From Podarcis erhardii (lineage: Eukaryota), in NCBI GenBank assembly GCA_964252035.1, contig OZ176211.1: DNA of 64,000 nucleotides, one strand, 5' to 3'. Below the pieces are notes generated by a model. The model was not told the origin of the DNA. It was given only the letters and a program-made list of their open reading frames with translations, and made no database searches. Positions 37,954 through 50,900 of this stretch are shown in pieces. Position 1 is the first letter of the stretch, and each line of letters begins with the position of its first letter. The position numbers and the translations under genes were made by a program.

Positions 37954-38089
37954 CAGGCTTCCTCAACCTCGGCCCTCCAGATGTTTTGAGACTACAATTC
38001 CCAGCATCCCTGACCACTGGTCCTGCTAGCTAGGGATCATGGGAGTTGTAAGCCAAAAACATCTGGAGGGCTGAGGTTGAGGAAGCCCG
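37954..38089. mobile_element. Palindromic hAT MITE with CAGGCTTCCTCAA TIRs
   Basis: Same core as the 33905 copy. Near-TSD atataacc / aataacc. Confidence 0.85.
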
Positions 38090-41000
38090 AATAACCTAAC
38101 ATCCACGTAAGCTTTGTGTAAGCAGAGCAAGATGAATATTCAATAAATAAGTTTTCTGCAGGACCCTCAATAGCATATAATTTTACTCCCCAAGTTTTTC
38201 CTTATTGTTCTGAGGAAGGGACTGAATAAATGGTGGGTGTTTGATTTCTCAGTGAGAGGACCTGCCATACCATTGCCCTGAGCTGGATTTCCTACGTGCC
38301 CCCATCCCATGGCTGCTTTATCTGAAGAAAGAGTGGTCAAGTTTCAAGCATGCTTTGAAAGAAAATATGTGTAAAGTAGTTTTTATAATGTGGGAGTGTG
38401 GGACACAATTTAAACAGCTCAATTTAAAAGTTTCTGGTTGGACACTTCTTCTGATTAGCCACTATGATATAGATGCAAAAAGAAAGAAACTTCTGAGCTA
38501 GATGATGCCCATTCCATCTTGTTCACTTCACTGGATTTCAGTCTGGAAAGTATTTAATATAGCTTGTGCAACCAGACAAAATCAGCTTTTCAATCCGCAA
38601 GGAAATTCTCTACCTTCCTCCCACAAAAGTGTCAATTTATGGCACAAAGGTTTTAGAACTTGATCATGCTGTTACAAATTCCCTGACTTCTGAGTTTCAA
38701 ATTAGATTGAAAATTTAATAAATGAAGCAAGTGATGAAACCTGCAAAATAATTCATCGTAAGAGGTAGTCAACATTGTTATTGATACAACATCCATATTT
38801 AGTACATTCGTTTCCTTTGTGAGCGGTTCTCACATTTCTCACATTATTATATTTAGCAGCACAATCCAGTTTGGCTATACATTATTCTATTTTTAGTTTT
38901 GCTGATGAAAAGCAAGGCAACTTTATGTCAGTTTCTGAATAATATTTGAATAAGCAGTTGTTTAGGGTAGCAGAAATGAAAATCGGCAAGGAGCATTTGT
39001 TTCCTATTTTAGATATTAGGACTAGAATACTGAAGGCATGGAACTGATACCTTCCTTTTCTTACTTGATACCATAGGACAGGGTTGGAGAACCTCTGGTG
39101 TGTGGGTCCTAATTTGGCCACCCAGGCTGTTTCCCCCAAACCACACACACCTGACACCGTATGTTGCCACTCTGCCCCTGTTGGGAAGGCAGTTCTGCCC
39201 TACTACATGGGTGCTACAGTTTGGTGGTATCAACTCCTAGAGCATTCATCATGCATCATAAGGTGGTTGGGGGCGGTTGCAGGTCTGATTTTTAGACCAC
39301 ATAACAGCTTGAATGAGAGCTGTCACTCAGGGTGGGGGTGGGGTCCACAGGTTTCGCATCATTGGTTCATGCAATAGGAAGTTTATGTTTAAAAATTATA
39401 TATTTTTTCTTGTTATGCCATTGGAAGCTACTTTACCAACAAAGCAGCCCCTCAATATTTTTTGAATAAGTAAATATATATATGAGGCAGAACAATTGAC
39501 AAAACTTCAATATTTGGTAGTTGGCATTCTGACTTTAAAAGTTGCAAAAGAATTCTCTTGATCAAAACCAACTGAGATTTGCTTTATCCCCTCTGAGCAG
39601 TTAAGTACGTTAAAAGTTCTTGGTCCCTTCAAAATGCCATGCAAAAATGAAATTAGTAATGATTTGTCTGTTATTGCCATTCCAACCTTGAGAAATTTAT
39701 TTATTTAGGGAACGAATATTTGCTAGAGTATGCAGTTCTGCAATATTGCTTGCTTCTTTCCGGCTGATTATTACACAGAATTTCTCCCACAAACAATAGG
39801 CGGTATATGTTGCTTCTACTTCTCATTTCACTTAATAGATTTTGACGGTAAAAGGGTGGATGCATTTTAACATTGTGAAGCTTCATAAAAATTTCTGTGT
39901 GCTCTGAATTCAGCTCTTGTGGGGCAACTCAGAAAGGCGGGTTGCTTGCTGTATTTTGGTGAGGCAGCCAGCAATGTGTTGGCCAGAGTCAGGTGCAGGA
40001 TTGATACTGGACTAGGAAGGCTGTCCATATTCTTCTCCGCTACACCATTTAAGACCTTGACCTGAGTCCAGGCCAAGTGCAAAGATGCAGATGCTGTTGA
40101 CACAGGATGCTGGTAACAACATCAATTTCTGTTTGGTGCCCTAGCCTAGGAGGAGACTACTGAGACTGTAATGACATTGCCAGAAAGCCCAGTCTCCAGA
40201 GATGGAGTGCACTAGGACAGATGACTCCAGGCCACGTAGAGCAATATTGAAATCATTATTGTTTCAGTACAGAGACTAAACTTTTTTGGCCATCTGCTTG
40301 AGAATTAGATATTGGACCTGGACCAGAGGATGAGCTGTGTTTTGCAATTTTAGAAGCTATGTGACTTGGCAGCTCAGCTTTTTTTGCTTTTTTTCACATG
40401 GTCTGTGGTATTTTGTGTAGTGACTTTGCAGTTGTTTTTATTGATTAGTTTAGTGATGATCTATTGTAATTGCTGGGAGTGATTTTCTGTTAAGTTCTGA
40501 TCTGTTGATGGTTTGAGAATTAATTTTGTCATTTAATATTCTATTTGAATTGGATTACTGAATATTACTTTAATTGGTTTAAGTTGTTTATGTTGATTGT
40601 CATATTTTCCATTATGACTTGTTTTGTGTTAGATCGGATTGTTATAGGATGTGTGTTCTTTTGTTGTATATTTTGCCTTCTGTTTACAATGCAGAAAGGC
40701 GGTATACAAATTATAAATGCAGATGAAAAGAAACATACTACAGAGGCGCAATGCAACTATTTCTATACCTTGTTCTGAGGTGTGTTTTTTTAACCATGGC
40801 TCTATTTCTCTCTACTGTGTACCCACAATCATTCTAAAAGCTATTCAAATAGATGCAGATTCAACAGCATACAAAGCTTGTTATCAGTTATGTTTGTTTT
40901 GGTATTAAAAGCAGGTATATTTTGATGGAATCCCAGCAACCTGGTTTGTTGAGACATATAAAAAACATGTCAGCCTTCTCAAGATGCTGGGGTTGGAAGT

Positions 41001-41650
41001 GGGGATGAGTATGTTAGCTCTACTCTCTTGTTGCCATTCTGTTTACCCTCCCTGAGTTGGAGGCCAACCTTGCAAGGTGGGGATATTGCTGTACTTTGAG
41101 AGGCTCCCTGACCATTTTGAAACCTTGGTTCCAATAGGAGAAGATGGTGTGTTCGCAGCTAGCAGAGGGCAGTAGTCCTCCTCTTTAAAGTGTTGGCTGC
41201 ATCTCCTGAAATGCATTCATGTGTGTGTGTCGGTGGCATAACACAAGATGGCTGTAACAGCAGGCTTCTTATAGCACAAAATGGAGGAGCAGCAATGGTT
41301 GACTTTGTGACCTCATGACTTCATGATTATCAGAAGCACCTGACTAGTCAGACTAGGGACTAGATGGAGCCTTGGCCTTATCTCTCTACAGGGCTCTTCT
41401 TACAAGACACTTTGTTTTGTCAGTGGGCTAGTGATGGAGGTTCTCCAGCCATTCAAGACATTTTGTGAAAAATAAGATGGTGCCCTTCAAACTGGATGTC
41501 AGCACTGGTGATAGGAAGGAGTCCTTCACAACACTTGAAGGCTCGCTTAGGGGATGTAGGGCAGGCAGTGTGGCACAAAACTCTTCCCTCCAAAATCTTG
41601 TTGCCACTCTCAGCTCTGGCACCTGGCACCTGAGGCACCTGCCTTAGTAT

Positions 41651-41868
41651 GTCTGATGGTCAAAACAAAATAAAAAAATTCCTTCCAGTAGCACCTTAAA
41701 GACCAACTGAGTTAGTTCTAGGTATGAGCTTTCGTGTGCATGCACACTTCTTCAAGTGTGCATGCACACGAAAGCTCATACCTAGAACTAACTCAGTTGG
41801 TCTTTAAGGTGCTACTGGAAGGAATTTTTTTATTTTGTTTTGACCATGGCAGACCAACACGGCTACCT
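41651..41868. mobile_element. Inverted Penelope-like terminal repeats forming a perfect palindrome
   Basis: 41656-41749 is the exact reverse complement of 41754-41847, with a 4-nt spacer CTTC. It ends in cagaccaacacggctacct like the 4666 copy. Confidence 0.8.
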
Positions 41869-43251
41869 ATCTGTAACTATGTCTGATGGATTAGTTCAAT
41901 TACATAATTTGAATACGCTGCTAATGCAATGGAGCAGCAAATTTAATTGTCAGCAATTAACATTTCCCATTGTACAAAGCTACCAACATTTTGACAGGAT
42001 AAAAGTAGAGCAGTTAATTAATAAGAATAAAAAACCCTGGTTTATATAAACAAAAGGAAGATTATTATAATTAATTTTAACAGACTGAATGTCAGCTTCT
42101 CAAGCTCAGTAACCTTGGAAATGTATTGTTTTATGCAGTGCAGATGTATTTTATCAGCCTGCTCAATACTAAGGTTATAAAATCCTTTGCTCTTGCAATA
42201 TTGACATGATGTACAACTAACTCGGAGCCCAGAGACACCCAATTAACATCTATATCCTTTTTGTGTGAATACATATTTCATTATGCTCTTGGTTTATAAA
42301 TGACTGTAGAATATGCCCAATGTATCTTTTTTGCTTAGCAGGTGCTCATTGCAGAAATGTTATACAGGGCCTCAAAAAAAGAAAGAAAAAAGGAATGCAT
42401 TTTTTATTCTGTTTATTTGTCTCACCAAGAATCCCCACCCTTTCCACTGCATTTTATGCATTAGACAACTTTGTATTTGGTAGCTATTTTTGAATTCTGA
42501 AAAAAAAATTACAATAAAAAGCCTGATAAAAGATGATTTTATAAACTTCTACCATGCCACCTCTTCCTCACCTTTTCTCAAAAATAGAAGTTCCAAATGT
42601 TGCAACCTTTCCTCACAGAAGAGTTGCAGTATAGGATACAGCTGTTCTTTCGATTTTCAGTCCCCATATTTCAGGCTCTTTGCCACAGGATTGGCCAATT
42701 AAAGGAGGAAGGAATATGGGAGATAGAATGTATTTATGGGATTCCCCTTTTCAGCAATATCCCCACATTGTACACAGTGGCTTGGACTCTAAGATAAATA
42801 AACTTAAGGAAACATATGGAAGGAGTTGACCCCCATTTCCCCACCTCTGCAAAAGTCTCACAACAGAATCAGGGGACATTCTTCCTGAACAACATAGGAT
42901 GGGGTGGGGACAGGAAACTCTTCTTCTGTGAACTTTGTCTTGGATCCTAAGTCTGATTTAAGGCAAATCTTCCATCCCACTGTTAGGGCTCCGAATAGTG
43001 TGTTGTTGAGGTAGGGGGCTAAAGAAGAGACCCAGGAGAGGGCACCAGTAATTTATAAGGTTTGGTGCTGCCCACAAGGCAGGAGTTGGGGAAGAGTCAG
43101 GGCAGTCTGAGAAGAAGGAAGGTGCGCAGGATGTGGTGGAAGAAGCAGCTGTTCTGGTGACAGAAGGGTCAATAGATTCCCCACCTTCCTCCACCATGCA
43201 GGCAACTTCCATGCAGGAGATCTCAGGTTGTGAGTGTGCAACCCATTAGTA

Positions 43252-43387
43252 CAGGCTTCCTCAGACTTGGTCCTCCAGATGTTTTTGGCCTACAGCTCCC
43301 ATGATCCCTAGCTAGCAGGACCAGTGGACAGGGATGGTGGGAATTGTAGTTTCAAAACATCTGGAGGGCCGAGTTTGAGGAAGCCTG
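43252..43387. mobile_element. Palindromic hAT MITE
   Basis: TIRs CAGGCTTCCTCA and TSD CATTAGTA / CATTATTA. Confidence 0.88.
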
Positions 43388-46056
43388 CATTATTATATAG
43401 TGGCTGGAATGTGTGTGTGTCTGTGTGTGCGCACGCAGAAGGAATTGTTGTAAGTGCTTTTGTCAATAAAGACTTATCTATCAGGCAAATGCCTTTCTTA
43501 GCTGGGGTGAGCTAGGGCACCCACACATTGTCCAGCAGGGACTCTGATCCATGTGTATTTGTGTTTGAAAGTGACTGCAAAGAAAGGAAGGGACGGAATA
43601 CTTTCATTTTCTAAACTTCCTTATGTTTGCTTATCTTACAATATAAGCAATTGTGTATTTGTGCACTATGGTGCAAAGCTTAATTTGACAGCATTTAAAT
43701 GAGCACTCCGGTTATACAAGAGTTCAGATCCTACTGGTGTCCATGACTGAACTATTGAGATTTGGTGTTCCAACAGTGCAAACCTGACCAACCTCTTTGG
43801 TGTAGGTCTATTGTCCTTCCCAATTGAGTTTATTTTGCACATTCTCAGTGTTATTACCATTAACTTTATGACCTAGGGTCCCAGGGCACCCTAATGCAAT
43901 ATGATACATTGATAATAAAGAATATATTATGTAAGCATGAGGTATTTCATCTTAATGTATAGTCTACAAGACTGCACCCAGCATTAAAGGCTTATAAGAT
44001 GAAGAGTTTTGGCGATGGTAACCTTCAGAAGTAACTTTTGATATAGAACAGATCTATTGTACAAAAAATAATAATGATCTTCAGAAGTATCTTTCGTAAT
44101 ATGAACAAAGTTCAATGAGTAGAATGAGCTGATGAATCACAAAGCTGAACATTGTTCCATACAAAAACATGGCAATATAATAAATTCCCAATGATATAAT
44201 ACACTGTGTGAATAATTCCGTACAGATAAGTATGTTACAGGTTTCAGGACTTTTATGCGTTATGTACATTTCTGTTTCAATAGCCCATTTTTTTGCACTA
44301 AGAAAAGTTATATAACTACTGTACCGATATGCTAAATCTCATTAAGGATAAAAGGGATCAGAAGTATAACATTCCCAGTAAAGGTGATCTGATTTTTAAA
44401 ACTGTTTCTCGGTTTTGTTCACTACATCCTAGCAAAGTTAGGAATAAAGTTTAAGAAGATGATCTTGTTGGTAAAAAACAAAACAAAAAAACACTTCCTA
44501 TTATTTGATGCAGCTCAAGCAAATCTGGTCCTATTCTGATGTATGATGTAATTATGCATTTAATGAATCTGACAGGCTATATTTTCTTCACCAAGCCAGC
44601 CACTAAATTGAATTTCAACCTCAGTGACTTGAATCTTTGTAGATCTGATGTATTCTGGTCACCAGTATCTCAATCTAACAATTCTAGTGCCAAGGCAAGA
44701 ATGAATTTTTAAAATGCAAGCATATAGTTTATTATATACTTTGCATGTACAATTGGTTGATAATTTACTGGAGAGAAACTATGACACCAGATGGAACATA
44801 CTTTATGGCCACGATCGAACCAAAGTTACACATTTTAAAATCTCACTGATTTCTATGGAAGGAGACTTAGACTGCAATCCTATACACATTTACCTAGGCG
44901 TAAGTACTATTGAACATAGAGGAGTTGACATTACCAATCATATATAGATTCCATTGTTATGGATATACCTAAATGACTTCTTTTGAAATAAATGGGATTT
45001 CAATAACATTGGATGGATTATCTGGTTTCTTTTACCTCAAAACCTCTGCACAATCTCCCTTTTCTTCATTTCTCTCTTCAGAGAAAAGGTGTAGTCTAAC
45101 AAATTGCACACTTTCAGCTGTTCAGGACACAGTCTGCATAGGGTTGTGACCACAAATTAACAATATGCAGAAATGTTTCTGTGAATTTTTGTTCAAGTCG
45201 GTTCATCATGGCCTGGTATTGTTCTGTTCACTGCAGTTCTATTCACTGTAGATCACAGAAATGAGACAACTTATAATAAATACCCTCCTATCACTTGATT
45301 AACATTTGGCAATCTAATGCCTATCAGTACACTTTGTACTGCACACGTTAAATGGGATTATGTGGGAGGGCTGTGCAAAATGTTCCACATGGGCTGGAGG
45401 AGCCTCTACTCCCATCCTGTGTGTAGAAGCTTATGGCCAATGGTCAGGGGTGATGGGAGTTGTAGTCCAAAACATCAGGTTGAAGAGTCATAGAATTGTA
45501 GAGTTGGAAGGGCTCCTAAGGGTCCTCTAGTCCAAGCTCCTGCAATGCAGGAGGAGAGGCTGACTTAGAGCCACAAAACAGTTTTAGAACCCTCAAAACA
45601 CTTCCTTGTGAATAGAATTTACCTTTAAAGTTGCCTGAGAGATTTGGGCCATTTGCTTAATACTGAAAAATAATCAGTAATACTCTCTCATCAAACACTC
45701 AGGAGCAATACAACTACCTCGTGTTCTCTTTAGGACAATGAGTGTAAAGTTAGGCTTAAGTAGATATAACAATGCTAAAACGCCAAGGCTAATGGATGGG
45801 ATTAGCCAGCCTTTCTAGCTGGTCCCTGGGACCCTTCCCAGATCACGCCCCTTCTCCAGGCTGGACCCCTGTTTCTTGCTCTCCTCATAAGAGTGTTGCT
45901 TCAAATTGTGAGGGGAAAGAGACTCTGGTGTTGGCCATCATGGGGAACACATGTTCCCACCTACCTTGCCCAACCCTCCAAAGTCTGCATAAAGGAATTG
46001 CTTCCTGAAGAACTCTGAGGGGAGCTTTCTTGCTATTTTGTTTGAGTAATTTAATA

Positions 46057-46275
46057 CAGTCATACCTCGGGTTCAATATGCTTCAGGTTGAGCGCTTTCA
46101 GGTTGTGCTCCGCGGCGACCCGGAAGTAACGGAACGCGTTACTTCTGGGTTTTGCCACTCGCGCATGCGCAGACACTCAAAACGCACACACAGACGTGCA
46201 GTCACGGGTTGCGTTCGCTTCAGGATGCGAATGGGGCTCCGGAACGGATCCTGTTCACACCCTGAGGTACCACTG
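46057..46275. mobile_element. CpG-rich Tigger-like MITE
   Basis: TA TSD, TIRs CAGTCATACCTCGGG / CCTGAGGTACCACTG. Confidence 0.85.
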
Positions 46276-46958
46276 TAATGTGTTTGGGGAGGGGAGCAGT
46301 TACTAGGTACTAAGGTCATCAGCTTCGGGACTACTTTTGGATGTGAAGGTGGGTATTCTTATCTGACCTTGATAATCACTTAAATGTTGGTATATGCTAA
46401 ATCAAGTGTTAATATAATAATGATATTACTTATTTTATGGATCCAGTTATCTCAATAATTCAGATTTTGGTTTTTTATGGGAAGTGCTTTGAACATGAAT
46501 GTATGACAAAATTTACTGGGACTGAAATGCTTTTGACTGGCTTGAATGGGTCCTTTAACTGTAATAATGCCTCTTGCTTATCTGATGCTGGAGGGAGAGA
46601 TGGGATGTGTTTGTAGAACCTCTGACTTTTGCATTTGTTAGTCCACAGGAAAAGAAATGCAGAAATTGGACAACCCACTAAATTCTTCCCCCTCCAATAT
46701 GGTTCTTTCATTTGAATATGTGTGTGTGTTTAGAAGCCACATTGAACTGGCATGTGCAATAGGTATAAATGGGGTCCAAAAGTTTAAGTACCTAGTGGAC
46801 AACCCCTCTATGTATTCCTTATCCTTATGAGTTATGACTTCATTAGCAAAATAAATGATGAATATTTAGAAGCAACTGTAAAATTGTAAGTATTCAGAAG
46901 CTCAGAAGTATCAATTTTAAAAAGGAAAAAAAAACTAATTTTGAAGTACATTTCACAG

Positions 46959-46964
46959 TTTATT
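46959..46964 (-). terminator. Probable CALCR poly(A) signal (AATAAA on the minus strand)
   Basis: On the minus strand it is followed by ...ttCA about 17 nt later and a long U-rich tract (plus strand 46915-46935). It implies a 3' UTR of about 0.78 kb. Confidence 0.55.
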
Positions 46965-47717
46965 TGTTGAGAAAAATTGTTCCCTATATCTGCTGGACTG
47001 AAAAATATGGCTGACAATTTCCCAATAAATGATTAATATCAAGCAACCAGTATATGGAATGCTGAACAGAACCGTCTGTTTCTTAGGCAAGCTAGTCTTT
47101 TTGAATGCTTGTGGCACAATAAATATTTTACCTTCATTTCTGACTGTGCTTGATGTCAGAATAATACTGCATGAAATCCTCTTGAGACAGTGAGGATTTA
47201 AATATAATGGAATGATTCCTATTGTTTTGCTCTAAATGCAAAAAATCTTTAAGATTTTTTTACTTAAATTCAAAGATCAAAATCTTTCCAGGATGCTGAG
47301 AAATAGTTCATGTTTATGGTTCCAAGGTTGAGTGTAAAAAGAAAGTATCTAATGTAATGTAACCATCTCCTATACGCTTTTAGCTCAGCTTGGAGAACAA
47401 AGATCCATGTATAGAAACAATGGCATCTCCCAGGTTGTCATGGGACAGCTAATGGATGCTTGTTGTTTTTATTAGTGCATCCTTCATTTCATATGGTCAA
47501 GTTCTGAAAACTAGTGAAATTCCATGCTTCTCACTGGCTAGCTCTAGCCTTGGACCTATTGGCCTTTAAGAGTACTGGAGCCATCTGCCACATTTGTTTC
47601 TTTCAGACTCAAGCTGTTGCCACCTGTTGCTTGTATATGCACCTGACTGAGCACACTTTTGCAGTCGCCTTGAAGTCTTCTCCTCCTTGTATAAATAAGA
47701 AGTCCTTCATTCGTAAG

Positions 47718-47939
47718 CTAAGCAGACGTCTCTCCAGATTTTAATGCAACAAGTTCAGAGTCTTCTATATACTTTCCATTAAACTGTTCACTGTTGGAGT
47801 CGTGGTGGTACGGATAAATTGGAACCTCCGTGATGGAAGTGGCTGTGTAGGAGGTAGATCGCGTAGAACAATGTTCTCGCCGTCTTTGACCCCACTGGGT
47901 CTTATACTGCATCCATTGCCTCTTCAAAGCTCCTTGGAC
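47718..47939 (-). CDS. CALCR: CALCR last coding exon, helix 8 and C-tail VQGALKRQWMQYKTQW...SGETSA*
   Basis: ctgcAG acceptor, phase 0, TAG stop at 47720-47718. Class B GPCR VQ..KRQW motif. Confidence 0.93.
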   Translation of the reverse strand, partial: VQGALKRQWMQYKTQWGQRRREHCSTRSTSYTATSITEVPIYPYHHDSNSEQFNGKYIEDSELVALKSGETSA

Positions 47940-50900
47940 CTGCAGATATAGGATAATAGAGTTTAGGCTAGTGCAATAGAAGGGGATAATCTGAATTGAT
48001 TCTAACACAGTGGCTGATAAATCTTGCCTTCCCTCTAAAAACCAGCTGGTGTGGTGGCTACGTTCATTGGGGGTATAACTGCAAAAGGTGATGGTGAAAT
48101 CTTGGAAGGCTTAATACATTAGGTGAGATCCAAAGAACTGGCGTGCAAGTCCTAATGCTCCTGTTAGGCAGGGGACCCTCCAGAATGATGTGGGAAGGGG
48201 GGGGGGGTACTGGGAGCGGCAGAAGGGACAGTTGACAACCCACCTTATGTGTGAGCAGAAATCCCTCCCATTCATGCATGGGGCTTTCTGGATCCAGTCC
48301 ACTGTATATATTCTACAGTAAACCATATACTCGCAGTGCATGCTTTTAAAAAAGGATTAAATGAGCATGCTTAGCTTTTCATAAATGGGGATCTTGCTGC
48401 TGAAGATCAGGTCTGGCATCAGCTTTTGGCATTCATGGGCAGAGGCCCAGCACTCTTGAGTTCTTTGGATGTGCACTGAGGCTGCCACAGGTAGACTTGA
48501 GTGATATGTTTTTATGGTCATCACCCCCCCCCCCCATAATGTACTGGATGTTGGTCCAGTCAATTGTGGAGAACATAAAATGGCATTGACAATAATGTTG
48601 TCTCATAAGAGGTTTGCTATTCCTTAGTTAAATAAGTTTTGACAGTATGAACCTTTTCTGAAGTTCCTTTTGCCTAAGGCCCCCCTCAAAAAAAGAATTT
48701 AATATTAATTTTCATGATGCAACCATGAAGCTAGAATCTCTCTTTTTCTTAAAAAGAAAACAATTTATTTTAAAATGAGACCCAGCAAAAGGTTTGAAGG
48801 CTGCAATCCTATGCAGATCTGTCTGGATGTAAGTCCCACCAAACACAATGGGGCTTACTTCTGAGCAAATAATTGCAATGTAAATAATGTGAATGCAGAA
48901 CAAATGGTTTTCCCAGATTAAGCTGCTAAAGTCCAGAAAAGAACAACAGGTAGCCAACCATGTTGCTGGTTATCAACAAAAGCCACAATGCAAAAGGAGA
49001 CATATGCACAAGGATTGTTTTGGTCCAGTCAGGAAGTAAAAAAGAAAGTTATGTTTTGAAAATTAAACTGAATAGAAATTTTAAAGCATTGAATCTAAAA
49101 CTAGTAATGCAGCAAAACTGAAAGGCATTTGTTCAGCTGTTTATTCTTCATTTCTTGATTCTTAAAGGCTGTGGATACAACAAGCATTACCAACGCCACT
49201 TTGTTAGCATTGTTAATAGATTTCTCCCCCCCCCCCCGCAATATTTGATAATATATTCTGAGTCTAGCCATTTGCTATTCAAACACAAAATGAAGTATTT
49301 GAAGAATGTTGAAAGGGCAGAGACTGAGCAATATGAAAGAGATCCTAATTTCCATCTGTTCAAAGTGGTTTATATGCAGATTTCAAAGCGTGTTGCTGAA
49401 TAATGGCTGTTCCCCCAAACACCACGCATTTTGTTTAAGATTCACAAATCATCTCTCTATTCATTCTGTCTCATTAATGCACAATTCTTGATTATGGAAG
49501 GCATTAGCTTATTTCCCCCCAAACAGACCATGAACACTGGAAAGCCAGTGTGGTGCTATTAGGGGCTTGGGGGACCCAAGGTTCATGCCTACTTGACTGC
49601 AAAACTCACTGGGCTAGTCTCTCAGCCTAACCTCCTTCATGTGATGATTGTGTGAGGATAAAATGAGGAATGGAAGAGACCACCTTGAGTTCCTTGGAGG
49701 AAAAGTGTGTGAGAAAAATGTAAATGTAATGTAATTTGCTGGCTGGATTTTTCATGGTGGAAATTAATGCCAAAGAACATGACTGATAGGCAAATGAGCA
49801 GTGTGGTGCATAAGGCTACCTACCCAACAGTGTTACTATTAGAAAGCCCTACCTAACACAACTGGAATCTGACTGTATGTTAATATAAACACTTTTTAAA
49901 AATCAGGCTTAGGCAATTGTATTTTGAAGAAGAAGTAGCTCCAGAATGGCCTCCTGATGGCGGATCACAGCCTCCCATTAGTTTCACCCTCCTCACCCCA
50001 GGAAGGCATTGTTTATAGTATACATCTGTTCTGAATGAACTGGCAGAGGGATAACAAACAATATGATGCAATCCTACTCATGTCTATTGCAAAGCAAATG
50101 CCATAGAAGGGACTTAAGTCCAGGTATATATGTATAGGATTGTAGCTGTCAGGTTTTATCCGACATTAGTCCTACTCAGAGGAGACCCAGTGAAATTGAT
50201 TACCTTGACTAACCTATTAATTTCAGTGAATCTACTCTACATAGACACAACCCTACTGTTTATAATACTTCTGAATATTCAGAATGTTTCACACACATTA
50301 TCTCTGGATTTCTTACAGTATACATGGAAAGAGAGTGTCATAATCCCTTGATTGTAGGGGAAGAGGTGAAGCAAAGGAATGGAGAATTTGCCTGTCCGCC
50401 TAGGGGGCTTCTTATATCATGGCTCACTCTCTCAGCTACGACGCACTGCACCAGTTATTTATAAATATGCTGGCCTAATTGAATCTCCCTAAGGGACTGC
50501 GGTCTAATTGGGAAAGCTTTGTGCTAAAAGATCAGACTTAATATTAATAAACAAGAGTTTTTAAAACCCTGTGCATATAAGCCAGAGTCGGCTAGGAGAT
50601 TAATATTTGCAACAGACCTGCAAAGATTTCTGGCTCACAACAGTAATAGCAAAAAGCCTCCAGCCTGCTCCAAAGTAGGGTGCTGAAAAGCTTGGGCGGA
50701 CAACCAGGAAGACATCCAAATTTATATCTGAAAGGATTAGGATGTTGTAAAAATGAAATTTTTGTTTGAGCCATCTTGTTTCTTATTTCTAGATATGTTA
50801 ATTTGTTAGAACCCAATCCACTATTTTGTACCACACTCCAGTTGGTGGAGCTTGAGGTTCTAGTAAAAAAATTCCAGTAAACTACTGAAATAAAATTTCA

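Noticed and set aside
46850-47700. Six AUUUA pentamers in the CALCR 3' UTR
   Set aside because: Not clearly above expectation for AT-rich sequence.
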